The notes under the pieces: generated by a model
The model's input: only the letters and a program-made list of their open reading frames with translations
Databases searched by the model: none
What the model was told of the DNA's origin: nothing
Program-made: the position numbers and the translations under genes
In this document: positions 35,967-36,714 of the stretch, one piece after another
Layout: each line of letters begins with the position of its first letter
Position numbering within the stretch: position 1 is the stretch's first letter
From: an uncultured archaeon
GTDB taxonomy: Archaea; Asgardarchaeota; Thorarchaeia; Thorarchaeales; Thorarchaeaceae
Assembly (NCBI GenBank): GCA_964458565.1
Contig: CAYWJO010000035.1
Span: 1-36,714, forward strand
Length of the DNA stretch: 36,714 nucleotides
Direction of reading: 5' to 3'

Positions 35967-36341
35967 TCAAAGAAACCCAATAAGCTTGATTGCAGCACGT
36001 GCAACATCGATTTTAGCTAGTTCCGGTACAGATTCGTTAATAGCTCTAGCGATAACCCATGATATGTTTTCAATTCGGCAAATAATGATATGGCCCTTAT
36101 TCTTTTCCGCTGCTCCAATGTAGAAGTCTTCCGATGATGCAACTCGGTGATAGGTAACATTGTCAACAGATAGAGTAGATGCAGCAGTCTTGGGAGCAGC
36201 GAGAATGTCCTTCACAGCCTTCACAAGATTCCAATTATTTGTCTGCCACAAAATCTCTTCCCCCTTACATACACCAAAGTGCTGTATTTTCGGATTATTA
36301 GCATAGAGCAATTGCCATTCTGTAGCTATGACATCTTCCAT
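35967..36341 (-). CDS. Asgard-type profilin-like protein
   Basis: ILWQTNNWNL, LSVDNVTY, KNKGHIIIC, terminal helix A..KL; size and motifs resemble Asgard profilins. Confidence 0.75.
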   Translation of the reverse strand: MEDVIATEWQLLYANNPKIQHFGVCKGEEILWQTNNWNLVKAVKDILAAPKTAASTLSVDNVTYHRVASSEDFYIGAAEKNKGHIIICRIENISWVIARAINESVPELAKIDVARAAIKLIGFL

Positions 36342-36416
36342 CAGAAATCACCATCAATCCATAAGGGACTCAGGGTAGTGATATCCTCACCACCCTAATA
36401 CAAACTCCATAGGGGG

Positions 36417-36714
36417 TTAAATTCGTCCCTTTAGGGACCTAGCCGCCCTATCAACATCCACATAGATCAAGTCGGGTTGTGCATCAGCTGCAGCCCATGC
36501 CACAACGAATTTTACAGCGTCAATTCTTGCTAGTAGAAGGATACCGTTTCCTTGAACATTTCTAGCAACTAGACTATCTGGCGTGGTCCGAATTGTGGAG
36601 TACTTAATCTGATTTTGAGTGACAGAAGATGCGCCTTGGGAAATAGCTGACACTAGTGATTGTGCTTCTGCTGTCAAGTCCCAGTTATTACTCTGCCAAA
36701 GTACCTGTCCTTCA
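36417..36714 (-). CDS. Asgard-type profilin-like protein (5' end outside the window)
   Basis: Frame is open to the window edge: EGQVLWQSNNWDL...QIKYSTIRTTPDSLVARNVQGNGILLLA...DRAARSLKGRI. Confidence 0.8.
   Translation of the reverse strand, partial: EGQVLWQSNNWDLTAEAQSLVSAISQGASSVTQNQIKYSTIRTTPDSLVARNVQGNGILLLARIDAVKFVVAWAAADAQPDLIYVDVDRAARSLKGRI

Noticed and set aside
1-36714. tRNA or rRNA genes
   Set aside because: No GC-rich cloverleaf or rRNA-like stretch recognised by eye; a tRNAscan-SE/Infernal run would be needed to exclude them formally.

Overview
Archaeal chromosomal segment, very probably from an Asgard archaeon. The basis is two tandem Asgard-type profilin-like genes, an archaeal uS19, GGTGA/GGAGG Shine-Dalgarno sites and TATA promoters; Thorarchaeia is only a guess. 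From left to right it holds: a membrane-anchored SCP2-like protein (truncated) and an alpha/beta hydrolase; a PAPS-based sulfation cluster (3 TauE/TSUP transporters, RHH regulator, sat, NPP/AP-superfamily enzyme, cysC, CysQ-like phosphatase, sulfotransferase) with a recurring TAATTA-N4-TAATTA box; DPM2-like and TPR genes; and a solitary rps19. rps19 is followed by secreted/membrane cargo genes separated by diverged copies of its own 3' end, and no integrase is present. Further right are wHTH regulators, a secreted caspase-family protease, an M42 peptidase, an MFS transporter, an ABC-2 exporter with divergent TrmB, and a SAM methyltransferase. Two structures stand out. (1) At 33479-34731, in what the ORF track leaves almost empty, there are two tandem paralogous operons of four micropeptides each (29-38 aa). 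They have SD sites, a shared C-terminal motif, 5' hairpins and a near-identical 3' hairpin. (2) The rps19-anchored cassette array at 12032-20618. All family calls come from motif recognition by eye; no searches were run.
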